Positions 37,739 through 46,785 of a stretch of 64,000 nucleotides of DNA are shown piece by piece (position 1 is the stretch's first letter; the number at the start of each line of letters is the position of its first letter). Where the stretch lies: positions 10,979 through 74,978 of the forward strand of contig CAZRPW010000008.1 in assembly GCA_964601975.1 (NCBI GenBank). The letters run 5' to 3'. The notes under the pieces were generated by a model. The model saw nothing but the letters and a program-made list of their open reading frames with translations, was not told the origin of the DNA and ran no database searches. Origin of the DNA: an uncultured Bacteroides sp. (lineage in GTDB: Bacteria; Bacteroidota; Bacteroidia; Bacteroidales; GCA-2748055). Position numbers and translations under genes: made by a program.

Positions 37739-38398
37739 TTAGCGCTTCCGGTAGCCTCCTTTTGGAAAGCTTCCTCTTACTCCTCTTGTTGCAGATCCGT
37801 TATCAGAAGGTTCGGGCAATAGCCATTGCTTAAGATCATCAATGGAGTTATTATTGAGTGGTGGCATATCTGTAAGGAGAAAGCCTCCTGTGAGATAGGC
37901 GAATGGGTATTCATCTTTGAAAGCATAAAGATGATCCTCAAGGTGCATGGTCAGTTCAGAACCTTCCATTCGTGACATTTTCAGATAGATGGCATCATCT
38001 CTCATGGTAGGAGTGAGTGTGTAGGTAACCATCAGGTCTTCTCCCCTGTTCAGCCATGTTGTGTTGCTATTGGGAAGAAAATCCATCCTGATCACCACGG
38101 ATTTCTTTACATCTTCACCCAGGTCAAGGTATTGTGACATTTCAGGAATAGAAAAACTGAACCAGCCCTCTTCATCAGTGCTCATTGATTCCGAAAGGCT
38201 CCATAATTCTGTTGTGCCGGGCTCTGATGAGACCAGTTTAACGGTGAAATCAAATGCTGCACCGGGGATAATTTCCTTATCTGAGTCGGTGAGCAGGCCC
38301 TGGAAATTTAATTCAATGTTTGCTTGCGCTGATGTTGAGGCCAGAACGCTAAACAGCAGGGCGGGGATCAGGCTAAGTGCTTTTTTAATTTGTGTCAT
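37739..38398 (-). CDS. Secreted hypothetical protein
   Basis: Signal peptide MTQIKKALSLIPALLFSVLASTSAQA. No recognisable domain. Start moved from 38476 to the internal Met. Confidence 0.55.
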   Translation of the reverse strand: MTQIKKALSLIPALLFSVLASTSAQANIELNFQGLLTDSDKEIIPGAAFDFTVKLVSSEPGTTELWSLSESMSTDEEGWFSFSIPEMSQYLDLGEDVKKSVVIRMDFLPNSNTTWLNRGEDLMVTYTLTPTMRDDAIYLKMSRMEGSELTMHLEDHLYAFKDEYPFAYLTGGFLLTDMPPLNNNSIDDLKQWLLPEPSDNGSATRGVRGSFPKGGYRKR

Positions 38399-38551
38399 GA
38401 TGTGGTGGTTTAAAACAAATTTACAAAAATCCTGATAATGCGTTATACGATGAGCTTCGTTCAGAGTTATTGACAAATTGTTAATAAGCTCTGTTCATTA
38501 TTTGTGAATAGAGATGCTATGAAACAGCTTGACTTGAGTTGACAGATGGTC

Positions 38552-38559
38552 TATTTTTG
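38552..38559 (+). promoter_or_regulatory. -7 box TATTTTTG at the 5' side of the ORF-poor region
   Basis: TAnnTTTG match with TTGAC motifs 10-25 nt upstream. Confidence 0.3.
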
Positions 38560-38564
38560 ATTTT

Positions 38565-39055
38565 ACCGAGTGAGAGATAAAAGGCCGCTCGAAGTTTCGC
38601 CCGGTGTAGTGAGCCAGTCCGTCCGCCAACGGTGGAGTACTGGGAAGCGAACCGGTCCGCCACAGGCGGAAGATTCATCAAGAGCCAGGCACTAAGCATG
38701 AAACAATGTTTCCTGTTTAGTTTAATCAGAAAGATTTCTTCTTGGAAGCTCTTTAAAAGTTTGATCCTAAAGGCGGAAGAGCCAAAAAGAATCCTTCGGG
38801 GTTCCATTAAGCCTTCGCACTCTGGCATCCACTGGTCTTCGGACCAGGGTAATGCAGGGGCCTTCAGGAGCCGGTCCCGGAAATTCAGCTTTTTAGCTGG
38901 GTGAAAGGACGGTAGCAAGTCTTCGTTCCACGGAACAAAGGCCGAGAACCAGGGTTCGAATGTTTTAGTCCGCCTTGGCGGATATTACATGCGGGCCGGC
39001 CATAATAACTGTAGCTCGGCACTGATTGGTGGCTATGGGTATCAATCAGTGAAAA
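38565..39055 (+). ncRNA. Candidate large structured non-coding RNA, family unknown
   Basis: About 0.5 kb without a credible ORF. It looks GC-richer than other spacers and has many short GC helices (38656..38670, 38832..38847 UUCG-capped, 38969..38982, 39020..39051). A strong terminator follows. Not assignable to RNase P, tmRNA or a riboswitch. Confidence 0.35.
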
Positions 39056-39085
39056 GGGAGTAAACGACAAGTTTACTCCCTTTTT
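39056..39085 (+). terminator. Intrinsic terminator GGGAGTAAAC-gacaa-GTTTACTCCC + T5
   Basis: 10-bp perfect stem, 5-nt loop, TTTTT run. Confidence 0.85.
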
Positions 39086-39113
39086 GTTTAAAAAAAATAG
39101 TAATATTTGCCAT

Positions 39114-39917
39114 ATGAAAATATCGGTGCTCCTTGCCTACTATAAGAATCAGATTGCCCTTGAGCTGGTCCTTGCAGCCTTTAATAAGCAAACATTAAGG
39201 AATTTTGAGGTCATAATTGCTGAGGATGATTACAATCCTGATACGAAGAGCTTTTTGGAATCAATAGGATCGAGCTGTGATTTTCCCATTCGGCATTTGA
39301 ACCAGGAGATAAAAGCCGGGTTCAGAAAAACTGAAATGCTGAACAGAGCCATCCGGATTGCCAAGGGGGAAGTACTTGTTTTTATTGATGGAGACTGTAT
39401 TCCGGACCGACATTTCATTGAGCAACATTATAAGAATCAGAGAGAGGGGTATTTTCTTTTTGGAAGGAGGGTTTTATTGGGACAGAAGATCACGGATAAA
39501 ATTTTGTCTGAAAAGGCCCATTCACAATTGAGCTTCTTTTCCATCCTGTTTTCAGATTCCACCCTGAAAAAGGAAGGTATCTATTGTCCATGGTTTGGTC
39601 TGCATGCAAGAAAAACATCTACCCTGTCGGGGCACAACTGGTCGGTGCCGAAGCGTGTATTGCTCTCGATCAATGGTTTTGATGAGGACTATAACCGGCC
39701 CGGAGTGGGTGAAGATTACGATGTAGAATGGAGGCTCAAGGCAGTGGGCCTTAAAATGAAATCTGTGAAAAACAGGGCTATTGTATATCATTTATTCCAT
39801 ACCAGAACGAATTCCAACGACAACGTGGACTATGTCTACGCTCTTCTAAAACAGAAAAAGGAAAAGAATCAGTCCAGGTGCCTGAACGGACTTGAAAAAT
39901 ATGAAGTGCCCAAGTAA
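39114..39917 (+). CDS. Family-2 glycosyltransferase
   Basis: VIIAEDD and FIDGDC (DxD) motifs. The start is set at MKISVLLAYY because the listed start lies inside the terminator. Confidence 0.8.
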   Translation: MKISVLLAYYKNQIALELVLAAFNKQTLRNFEVIIAEDDYNPDTKSFLESIGSSCDFPIRHLNQEIKAGFRKTEMLNRAIRIAKGEVLVFIDGDCIPDRHFIEQHYKNQREGYFLFGRRVLLGQKITDKILSEKAHSQLSFFSILFSDSTLKKEGIYCPWFGLHARKTSTLSGHNWSVPKRVLLSINGFDEDYNRPGVGEDYDVEWRLKAVGLKMKSVKNRAIVYHLFHTRTNSNDNVDYVYALLKQKKEKNQSRCLNGLEKYEVPK

Positions 39918-39925
39918 TTCAGGTA

Positions 39926-41284
39926 CTAAACCTTTTGCTTTTTCTTCAGAAAGGGGTTTATAATCATCCCGAGGGCCAGACCGCCCAGGCAAAACGCAAA
40001 AGCCCATATCACCAGATCCTCAGATATCCCAATGAAGATGGAGGGAATAATAACTCCTATCAAACAAAACAGGATGGAAAGAGTTACGCTCAGTCGGTTA
40101 ACTTTTGGGTAAATCCAGATGACCAGGACGAGGAGTCCTAAAGACATAGTGAGGGATACAAAGAAAAAAGTCGCATCAACGATATCGCGCAGCAGCAGGG
40201 ACATTGAAATGCCCAGGATCATCAGTACCAGCATGCTCCACCGCATCGTTTTCTTCAGGTTTTTTGATTCTGTAAGGCCGGCCTTTTCCAGGAAGTCCTG
40301 TGTTACTGATGCTGCAGCTGTAAACATGTAGGTGTCGGCCGAAGAGGAGACAGATGAATAAATAATTACAACCGACAAACCTGCAAGACCCACAGGAAGA
40401 AGCTTGCTGAAACCAACGATCAGGGAAGTGTCCGGCGATATATCCGGAATATCAGCCCTTATCACCAGTCCTATAAGCAGGAGGATGAATCCTACGATTA
40501 TGTAAAACAGGGAAGACATAATAATGCTGCGCCTGAAGTTTTTCTTGTCCTTGATGGCATACACCCGTTGCCATAATTCCGGAGAGGCCATGGGGATGAA
40601 GAAACCTGCCAGGAAGAAGCTGATAATCTGCATCACTGGAAGTTTGAATAGGTCCATAAAAACCACTTCAGGTTTGGTGGCAGAATAGGTTAGAAGATAC
40701 ATCATCAGCACAAATAGAAGGAAGATTCCGAAGGTTTGGACAATATCGGTCTTTACCACGGCATCGAAGCCGCCGGCTACCAGGTAGGTAAGGATTATGA
40801 CTCCGACGATGATTACAGAGAGATTGTACGAGATGGGGGTATATTCAGATACCAACTTTGCTCCGGCGGTGAAATTTAAGACCACCCAGCCAAACATTAT
40901 AATGATGGTGACCAGCGTGGCCAGATAGCCTGCGTATTTCCCCTTCAGGAAGAAGAAAAAATCGGGCATGGTATAGAACTTTTGCTCATCCGCCATCTTT
41001 TTCACCTTCAGTCCGAAAAAGTAGAAAACAAAGAGCCCGACTACCGATCCCACGAAATACCACAGGGCGCCCATACCGTACATATAGACAAGGGCAGTAT
41101 AAGTAAGCAGGATTGCCGCCCCGATCCGGCTTGAAAAGATGGTGGAGGTGGCCTGAATTGCCGTCAGTTTTCTTCCTGAAATAAGAAAATCCTCTTTTTC
41201 CTGTTTGCGTCCGGTGAGTGCGCCAACCACAAGGATTACGAGAAAATAGGCAGCAATAATCAGATAATCGGTAAAGACGAGCAT
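39926..41284 (-). CDS. Sodium:solute symporter (SSF) family transporter
   Basis: About 13 TM segments and an SSF-like N-terminal pattern (GRKQEKEDFLISGRKL). Confidence 0.75.
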   Translation of the reverse strand: MLVFTDYLIIAAYFLVILVVGALTGRKQEKEDFLISGRKLTAIQATSTIFSSRIGAAILLTYTALVYMYGMGALWYFVGSVVGLFVFYFFGLKVKKMADEQKFYTMPDFFFFLKGKYAGYLATLVTIIIMFGWVVLNFTAGAKLVSEYTPISYNLSVIIVGVIILTYLVAGGFDAVVKTDIVQTFGIFLLFVLMMYLLTYSATKPEVVFMDLFKLPVMQIISFFLAGFFIPMASPELWQRVYAIKDKKNFRRSIIMSSLFYIIVGFILLLIGLVIRADIPDISPDTSLIVGFSKLLPVGLAGLSVVIIYSSVSSSADTYMFTAAASVTQDFLEKAGLTESKNLKKTMRWSMLVLMILGISMSLLLRDIVDATFFFVSLTMSLGLLVLVIWIYPKVNRLSVTLSILFCLIGVIIPSIFIGISEDLVIWAFAFCLGGLALGMIINPFLKKKQKV

Positions 41285-41435
41285 AGAGAGTATTTTAGGA
41301 TAAGTCCGTGTAAATATATCAAAATATTCATAAGACAGATTTTGTATTAGACATTCTTTATGTAATGGACTGGTAATGATTTGTTTCGTAGCTTATTGTT
41401 TCCAAAATAACACTTCAATTCTGGCAATCCTGGCC

Positions 41436-41477
41436 GAGGGGGTGAATTGGGGGAGAACCCTGATTCACCCTCTTTTT
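41436..41477 (+). terminator. Terminator-like hairpin GAGGGgGTGAAT...ATTCACCCTC + T5 inside the susC upstream region
   Basis: 10-bp stem (one bulge), about 15-nt loop, TTTTT run. Lies 254 nt upstream of the susC ATG. Confidence 0.55.
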
Positions 41478-41730
41478 GATGTCATACGCCCTTCACAGGA
41501 AACCAATTTTGCATGAATTTCCACTTTCTGTCAGGCTATGCCCTGTTTAATACCCATGAACAACCACTTGCATCAGGTGAACGGAACCTTACTGATCTTA
41601 GGCAGCTGATGGTAATCGGATAGTGACCATTGCTTGATATTATTGGTTAAACATCCTTCTTTCTCCTTTCTTCAGTTCAAAATTCTGTCTAACGGTAGAA
41701 AAAAGAAAAATTTAATCTAAAACTAAGTCT

Positions 41731-44700
41731 ATGAAAAAAGTATTATGCTTTCTGCTATTCATGGCGTTTGGTACCCTGATGATGTTCGGTCAGGCCCGGG
41801 TCGTAACCGGTGTTGTATCCAGCGCTGATGACGGTTCCCCGCTCCCGGGTGTTACGGTAGCGGTGAAAGGGACCACCGTAGGTACCATTACGGATGCCAG
41901 CGGAAATTTCCAGATCAATGTTCCTGAAGGAGCGGATGTCCTTGTATTCAGCTTTGTGGGTCTTGCAACCCAGGAGGTGAGTGCCGGCAGTCAGAGCCAG
42001 GTGAATGTTCAGATGGAATCTGATCTGCTGGAGATTGATGAAGTGGTGGTTACAGCCATGGGAATCCGGAAGGAGAAAAAGGCCCTGGGTTATTCAGTCC
42101 AGGAGATTGACGAGGGCCAGATTTCCGGTGCCAAGAACATGGATGTTTCTAAATCACTCCAGGGTAAGATTGCCGGAGTGAATGTGAAGCAGTCTTCGGG
42201 TATGCCCGGTGCAACCTCCCACGTAACCATCAGGGGAAATGTATCCCTTACCGGTTCCAACCAGCCCCTCTATGTGGTCGATGGAATGCCTATTGCCTCG
42301 GAAAAGGCTTTTACTGAGAATGTGGGAGAAGGTACGAATCCATCTTCAAGGATCGTGGACCTGAACCCTGAGGATATTGAGTCCATCTCGGTTCTGAAAG
42401 GTGCTACTGCAGCTGCCTTATACGGTCTAAGGGCCGCCAACGGGGTGATCGTTGTCACCACAAAGAGTGGATCGGCAGCCAGAATGTCTGGTAAGAAGAC
42501 GCTGGTAACGGTGAATTCAAGTTTCACTTCTGACCGGATCAGTCGTCTGCCCGAACTTCAGTCCACTTATGCCCAGGGTAACGGAGGTGAACTCCAACTT
42601 TACAGCTCCGGCTCCTGGGGCCCGAGAATAGACACTCTTCAGAACTATCATTCCCAGTGGGACAATGGTCTCGGACTGGATATTTATGAAACCTCCGACG
42701 GGAGTCCCCCGCCCCAGGTTCCCAAGGTATACAACAACCAGGAAGACTTCTTTCAAAAGGGGTATACTTTTACCAACTCGGTAGATATTTCCTCTGCAAC
42801 CGACAAGGGGAATTACAGCCTGGGTATCGGTCGCACCGATCAGAAGGGGATCATCGAGACCACCGGAATGGTTCGAAATAATGCCAAATTTAACGGGGCC
42901 TTTGACCTGGGTGACAAGTGGTCAACAACGATCTCAGCCAATGTGTCCAGGGTGGATATAGACAAGATACCCGGAGGTAGTAATCTCTCGAACCCCCTGT
43001 TTACAGTTTATAACGCTCCTAGGACTTATGATCTTACAAATAAGCCTTTTGAGAATGAAAGTGATCCTTTCATGCAGTATCACTACCGCTTTGCCATGGA
43101 CAACCCCTACTGGGCCCTGAAGCATAACAACTATAATGAGATCACTGATCGTTTCTTTGGGAATGCAGGAATCAGCTATCAGCCCTTTGACTGGATGCGG
43201 ATTAACTATCGCATCGGACTGGACCGCTTCCTGACCACAGGTCATGAAGTGATCAGTCTGGGTTCGGGCGGACAGGGTCGGGGCTATCCTGAATTTGGGA
43301 CTACTCCGGCTGCAGGGCAAATTGATGATTATACCTACCAGCGGCAGGAACTAAACTCCAATGCTTCGCTGAGTATTACAAAGGATTTCGGAGACTTTGG
43401 CCTGGATGTGGTACTGGGTAATGAATTTTATGATATTACGACCAAGACCCATTCTATGACGGGAACCAACATCACCATTGGTGGATTCGATCATATCTCC
43501 AATACCGGTGCACAAACCGTTTTCCAGGAGACCACTCGCCAGAGGGTTGTGGGTTTCTTCGGGAGTGCCACGGCAGACTATGCTTCGATGCTCTTTGTGA
43601 CGGTAACCGGCCGGAATGACATTGTATCCAACATGCCATCGGGAAATCGTTCCTATTTTTATCCTTCGGTATCGACAGGCTTTGTGTTTACTGAACTATT
43701 GGGAGACCAGGAAATCCTTCCTTTCGGAAAGATCCGTGCATCCTACTCCCAGATGGGACAGGCTGGTGCTCTTTTTGCCACTAGAACGCTCTTTACAGAA
43801 AAAGCGGACAATGAGGCACTGGGTGGAGGATTCCTGGACAACGATTTCGCCTTCCCCTATGGAGGCTACCCTGCATTCACCCTGCAATCGACGCTTCTGT
43901 CGGACCAGTTGCGTCCCCAGAATATAACAACTTACGAATTTGGAGCCGATCTGCGTTTTTACCAGAACAGGGTGGGGATAGATTATTCCTACTACTATGT
44001 CAATGCCAGCGACCAGATTTTCAATGTTCCCCTGGCTGCTTCCTCGGGTTTCAGAGGAGAATACCGCAATGCCGGTGAACTGGAATCCAAGGGTCATGAA
44101 ATTGTGCTCTCCCTGGTCCCCATTCGCACGAGCAGCGGATTTGAATGGGAGATCCTGACGAATTTCGCCAATAATAAGAACATGGTTCTTGAACTGGCTC
44201 CCGGTGTAGAGAGGGTTCAGACCGGTTGGCAGAACTTCACCTCGGTGGGGGCATACGCATACGCCGGACATCCTTACCCCGTGATATATGGAAATGGATA
44301 CGTGAGAGATGACCAGGACCGAATCGTTGTGGATTCAAGGGAGACCATTAATGGTGAGGAGAATCCCTTCTACGGAATGCCGCTGCAGGATGGAGAAGAG
44401 AAAATCCTAGGAAAAGTTAATCCAGACTGGGATGCAAGTGTGACCAGTGTCCTGAAGTACAAAGGCTTTACTTTTTCTGCCCAGCTATTCTATTCCAAGG
44501 GAGGTTATATCTCCAGTGGTCTGAATGCCCTTCTCAGAAACTATGGAGCTGACAAGGTAACAGAGGACAGGGAAACGCTTGTTGTGCTTCCTAACACTGC
44601 AAAAGGCTATACCGACCAGACAACCGGGGAACTGGTACTGGAAGGTGACAACGACATCGAAATCCTTAAAGGTGAAGATTATTACAGTACCGTGGAATGG

Positions 44701-44970
44701 GGCATTTCCGAATCCCGGATCTTTGATAAGACCTTGCTAAGACTGAGGGAGGTTGTGATCAGTTATGATATGCCTCAAACCTGGTTCTCTAATACTTTCA
44801 TATCGTCTATTTCCGTATTTGCCACCGGCAGGAACCTGGCATTGTGGACCGACTATCCCAATTTCGATCCCGAGTCCAGTACAGCTGAAGGAAATGGTAT
44901 AGGGGCCTTTGAATATGTGTCTCTTCCCAATACCAGGTCTTTTGGAGGTGGTCTGAAAATAACCTTTTAA
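41731..44970 (+). CDS. susC: SusC/RagA-family TonB-dependent outer-membrane transporter
   Basis: N-terminal carboxypeptidase-regulatory-like domain (VTGVVSSADDGSPLPGVTVAVKGT), DEVVVTAMGI plug start, C-terminal ...GGGLKITF. Confidence 0.93.
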   Translation: MKKVLCFLLFMAFGTLMMFGQARVVTGVVSSADDGSPLPGVTVAVKGTTVGTITDASGNFQINVPEGADVLVFSFVGLATQEVSAGSQSQVNVQMESDLLEIDEVVVTAMGIRKEKKALGYSVQEIDEGQISGAKNMDVSKSLQGKIAGVNVKQSSGMPGATSHVTIRGNVSLTGSNQPLYVVDGMPIASEKAFTENVGEGTNPSSRIVDLNPEDIESISVLKGATAAALYGLRAANGVIVVTTKSGSAARMSGKKTLVTVNSSFTSDRISRLPELQSTYAQGNGGELQLYSSGSWGPRIDTLQNYHSQWDNGLGLDIYETSDGSPPPQVPKVYNNQEDFFQKGYTFTNSVDISSATDKGNYSLGIGRTDQKGIIETTGMVRNNAKFNGAFDLGDKWSTTISANVSRVDIDKIPGGSNLSNPLFTVYNAPRTYDLTNKPFENESDPFMQYHYRFAMDNPYWALKHNNYNEITDRFFGNAGISYQPFDWMRINYRIGLDRFLTTGHEVISLGSGGQGRGYPEFGTTPAAGQIDDYTYQRQELNSNASLSITKDFGDFGLDVVLGNEFYDITTKTHSMTGTNITIGGFDHISNTGAQTVFQETTRQRVVGFFGSATADYASMLFVTVTGRNDIVSNMPSGNRSYFYPSVSTGFVFTELLGDQEILPFGKIRASYSQMGQAGALFATRTLFTEKADNEALGGGFLDNDFAFPYGGYPAFTLQSTLLSDQLRPQNITTYEFGADLRFYQNRVGIDYSYYYVNASDQIFNVPLAASSGFRGEYRNAGELESKGHEIVLSLVPIRTSSGFEWEILTNFANNKNMVLELAPGVERVQTGWQNFTSVGAYAYAGHPYPVIYGNGYVRDDQDRIVVDSRETINGEENPFYGMPLQDGEEKILGKVNPDWDASVTSVLKYKGFTFSAQLFYSKGGYISSGLNALLRNYGADKVTEDRETLVVLPNTAKGYTDQTTGELVLEGDNDIEILKGEDYYSTVEWGISESRIFDKTLLRLREVVISYDMPQTWFSNTFISSISVFATGRNLALWTDYPNFDPESSTAEGNGIGAFEYVSLPNTRSFGGGLKITF

Positions 44971-44982
44971 ACAGCTTATACA

Positions 44983-46407
44983 ATGAAAAAATATATTTCA
45001 ATATTCAGTTTACTCCTGCTCATGCTGTTCGTTGTATCGTGCAGTGATGAGATCATGGACGAGATCGATACCGATCCGAATAATCCCACCGACGTGCCCA
45101 TCAGCATGCTAATGTCGGGTTGTACAGTAGGAACCCCCTACTGGGTGACCGGAACCGATGTGGCCTGGTACAGCTCTGTTTTTTGTGAGCAAACTGCCGG
45201 GGCTCACGGACAAATGCGTGATGCTGACAGGCGGGCCTCTCTTACGAACCTGAGTGATAATCCCTGGGCATTCTATGTCTATCCCAAACTACTTCCTGAC
45301 TTGAAAATAATTATAGAGAAAGGATCGGAAGGCGGTACTGAGGAAGGAAAATGGGTAGATGTAGGAATTGCCAAAATCCTCCAGGCCTATACTTACCTGG
45401 CTTTTACAGATACATGGGGAAGAATTCCTTGTTCTGAAGCCACCATGGGGGCCGAGAATCGAAAACCTGTGTATGACAGTCAGCAGTCTATCTATGAGAA
45501 AATGCTGGCCCAGCTGGACGAGGCTATTGGCGATCTGCAGAAGGATAATATCAGTACAACCGGAGGCGAGGACTTCATATATGGAGGTGATACTGATGCG
45601 TGGATTACGGCTGCATATTCGTTGAAAGCAAGGTATTCCAACAGGCTCAGTAATATAGATCCCGCTGGTTCTGCAGCCGATGCACTGGCTGCAATTGCCC
45701 TTGGTTTTGGTTCGATGGATGAAGATTTCACCTTTGATAACTGGAATGATGATCTGGGTCATGAGAACACCTGGTACCAGGAGGAGAATGAGAGGAAGCA
45801 CCATGCGGTGAGCTATACTTTCTATCACCTGCTGGACGGGTTGAATGACCCACGGATCCCCCTGTTTATAACCCAGGTCAATGGTCAATATGTTCCGGCA
45901 CTGAATGGACAGAACCAGGCAGACCAGGCCGGTCAGATTTACTCCAGGATGACTGACAATGTGATCCATCCTACGGCCCCCTTGCCTATTATGACCTTTG
46001 CCGAATTGAAATTCATCGAGGCTGAGTGTCACCTGAGAAAGGCGAGTCCGGATGCAACTGCGGCCCTGGCAGCATACGAAGAGGGAATTGATGCAGCACT
46101 GGCCCAGGCTGGAGTGGATTCAGCAGGTGTGGTGGACTATAAGGCACAGCCAGAGGTATTGCCCACGGATGCTGCTGCCCTGACACAGGAGATGATAATT
46201 TCGCAGAAGTATATCCACCTGTGGCCCTATGGTGCTGTTGAGGCTTATGCCGAGTGGAGAAGAACCGGGATTCCGACCATGAATAATAGTTTTGATGTTC
46301 CGCGTCGCTTCCCCTATCCTCAAAACGAAATTTCAGGTAACTCTGAGAATGTTCCCGATGTTACACTTTACAATGGTGTATGGTGGGATGATGGATCGGA
46401 AGATTAG
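44983..46407 (+). CDS. susD: SusD/RagB-family nutrient-binding lipoprotein
   Basis: Lipobox LFVVSC, immediately downstream of susC, TPR-like helical composition. Confidence 0.88.
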   Translation: MKKYISIFSLLLLMLFVVSCSDEIMDEIDTDPNNPTDVPISMLMSGCTVGTPYWVTGTDVAWYSSVFCEQTAGAHGQMRDADRRASLTNLSDNPWAFYVYPKLLPDLKIIIEKGSEGGTEEGKWVDVGIAKILQAYTYLAFTDTWGRIPCSEATMGAENRKPVYDSQQSIYEKMLAQLDEAIGDLQKDNISTTGGEDFIYGGDTDAWITAAYSLKARYSNRLSNIDPAGSAADALAAIALGFGSMDEDFTFDNWNDDLGHENTWYQEENERKHHAVSYTFYHLLDGLNDPRIPLFITQVNGQYVPALNGQNQADQAGQIYSRMTDNVIHPTAPLPIMTFAELKFIEAECHLRKASPDATAALAAYEEGIDAALAQAGVDSAGVVDYKAQPEVLPTDAAALTQEMIISQKYIHLWPYGAVEAYAEWRRTGIPTMNNSFDVPRRFPYPQNEISGNSENVPDVTLYNGVWWDDGSED

Positions 46408-46437
46408 CAGCTTTAGTCCATAAAGTCTAAAGTAAAA

Positions 46438-46468
46438 GAGGCTGTCTCCAAAGGGGCAGCCTCTTTTT
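46438..46468 (+). terminator. Intrinsic terminator after susD
   Basis: GAGGCTGTCTCC-aaa-GGGGCAGCCTC + TTTTT, preceded by ATAAAGTC/TAAAGT repeat remnants. Confidence 0.8.
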
Positions 46469-46638
46469 AATTGCATGCTGACTGGTCATGGATAAGCGTT
46501 ACAGATTTATTGGACTAAAATATCACTTCTAGCTAAGCGTGTGAAAATTTTGCCCTGTTGGATAAGCATTAATTCCCGGTCCAGAAGCCATAGTCGCCCA
46601 GATCCCTTTGTGATCGATGAATTTCCGGGAACAGAGTT

Positions 46639-46746
46639 ATATTTTATATCCGTTTATTATGATATTTTAGCAATATTCAGATATAAAATATTTGAAATGA
46701 ATATTTAATATCCGTTTATTATGATATTTTAGTAATATTCAGATAT
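46639..46746 (+). repeat. Two 46-bp AT-rich direct repeats (2 mismatches) separated by 16 bp
   Basis: atattt[t/a]atatccgtttattatgatattttag[c/t]aatattcagatat at 46639..46684 and 46701..46746. Confidence 0.9.
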
Positions 46747-46785
46747 TTTATATTCACGTAACTCAGGAATTTCTGCCAGGCCAAT

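Noticed and set aside
38565-39055. Possible identity of the ORF-poor region as RNase P RNA, tmRNA, SRP RNA or a cobalamin riboswitch.
   Set aside because: Loose matches exist: GGGTGAAAGG and CAAAGGCCGAGAACCAGGGTTC for RNase P, GGGTTCGAAT as T-loop-like, and GCCACAGG...AGCCAGGCAC as B12-box-like. The universally conserved RNase P elements GGAAAGUCC and ACAGAA..GGCUUA are absent on both strands. No tRNA-like acceptor/T-arm or tag ORF can be built for tmRNA. The SRP GGAA tetraloop helix does not pair. The GGUGAAAAUCC-type B12 core is missing, and a terminator separates the region from the next gene. The region is kept only as an unassigned ncRNA candidate.
38517-39070. ORFs 38517..38918 (-), 38632..38904 (+) and 38885..39070 (-) as protein genes or as one frameshifted gene.
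   Set aside because: They overlap one another on opposite strands or in different frames. Their translations are R/S/P/L-rich with no recognisable motif, signal or TM pattern. The region carries RNA-like helices. A decayed pseudogene cannot be fully excluded without blastx.
46639-46746. The 46-bp direct repeats as a mini CRISPR array. No other array-like signal was found anywhere in the window.
   Set aside because: There are only two copies, the spacer is just 16 bp, the repeats are AT-rich and non-palindromic, and no cas genes are present. The short 7-9-nt arrays elsewhere have no spacers.
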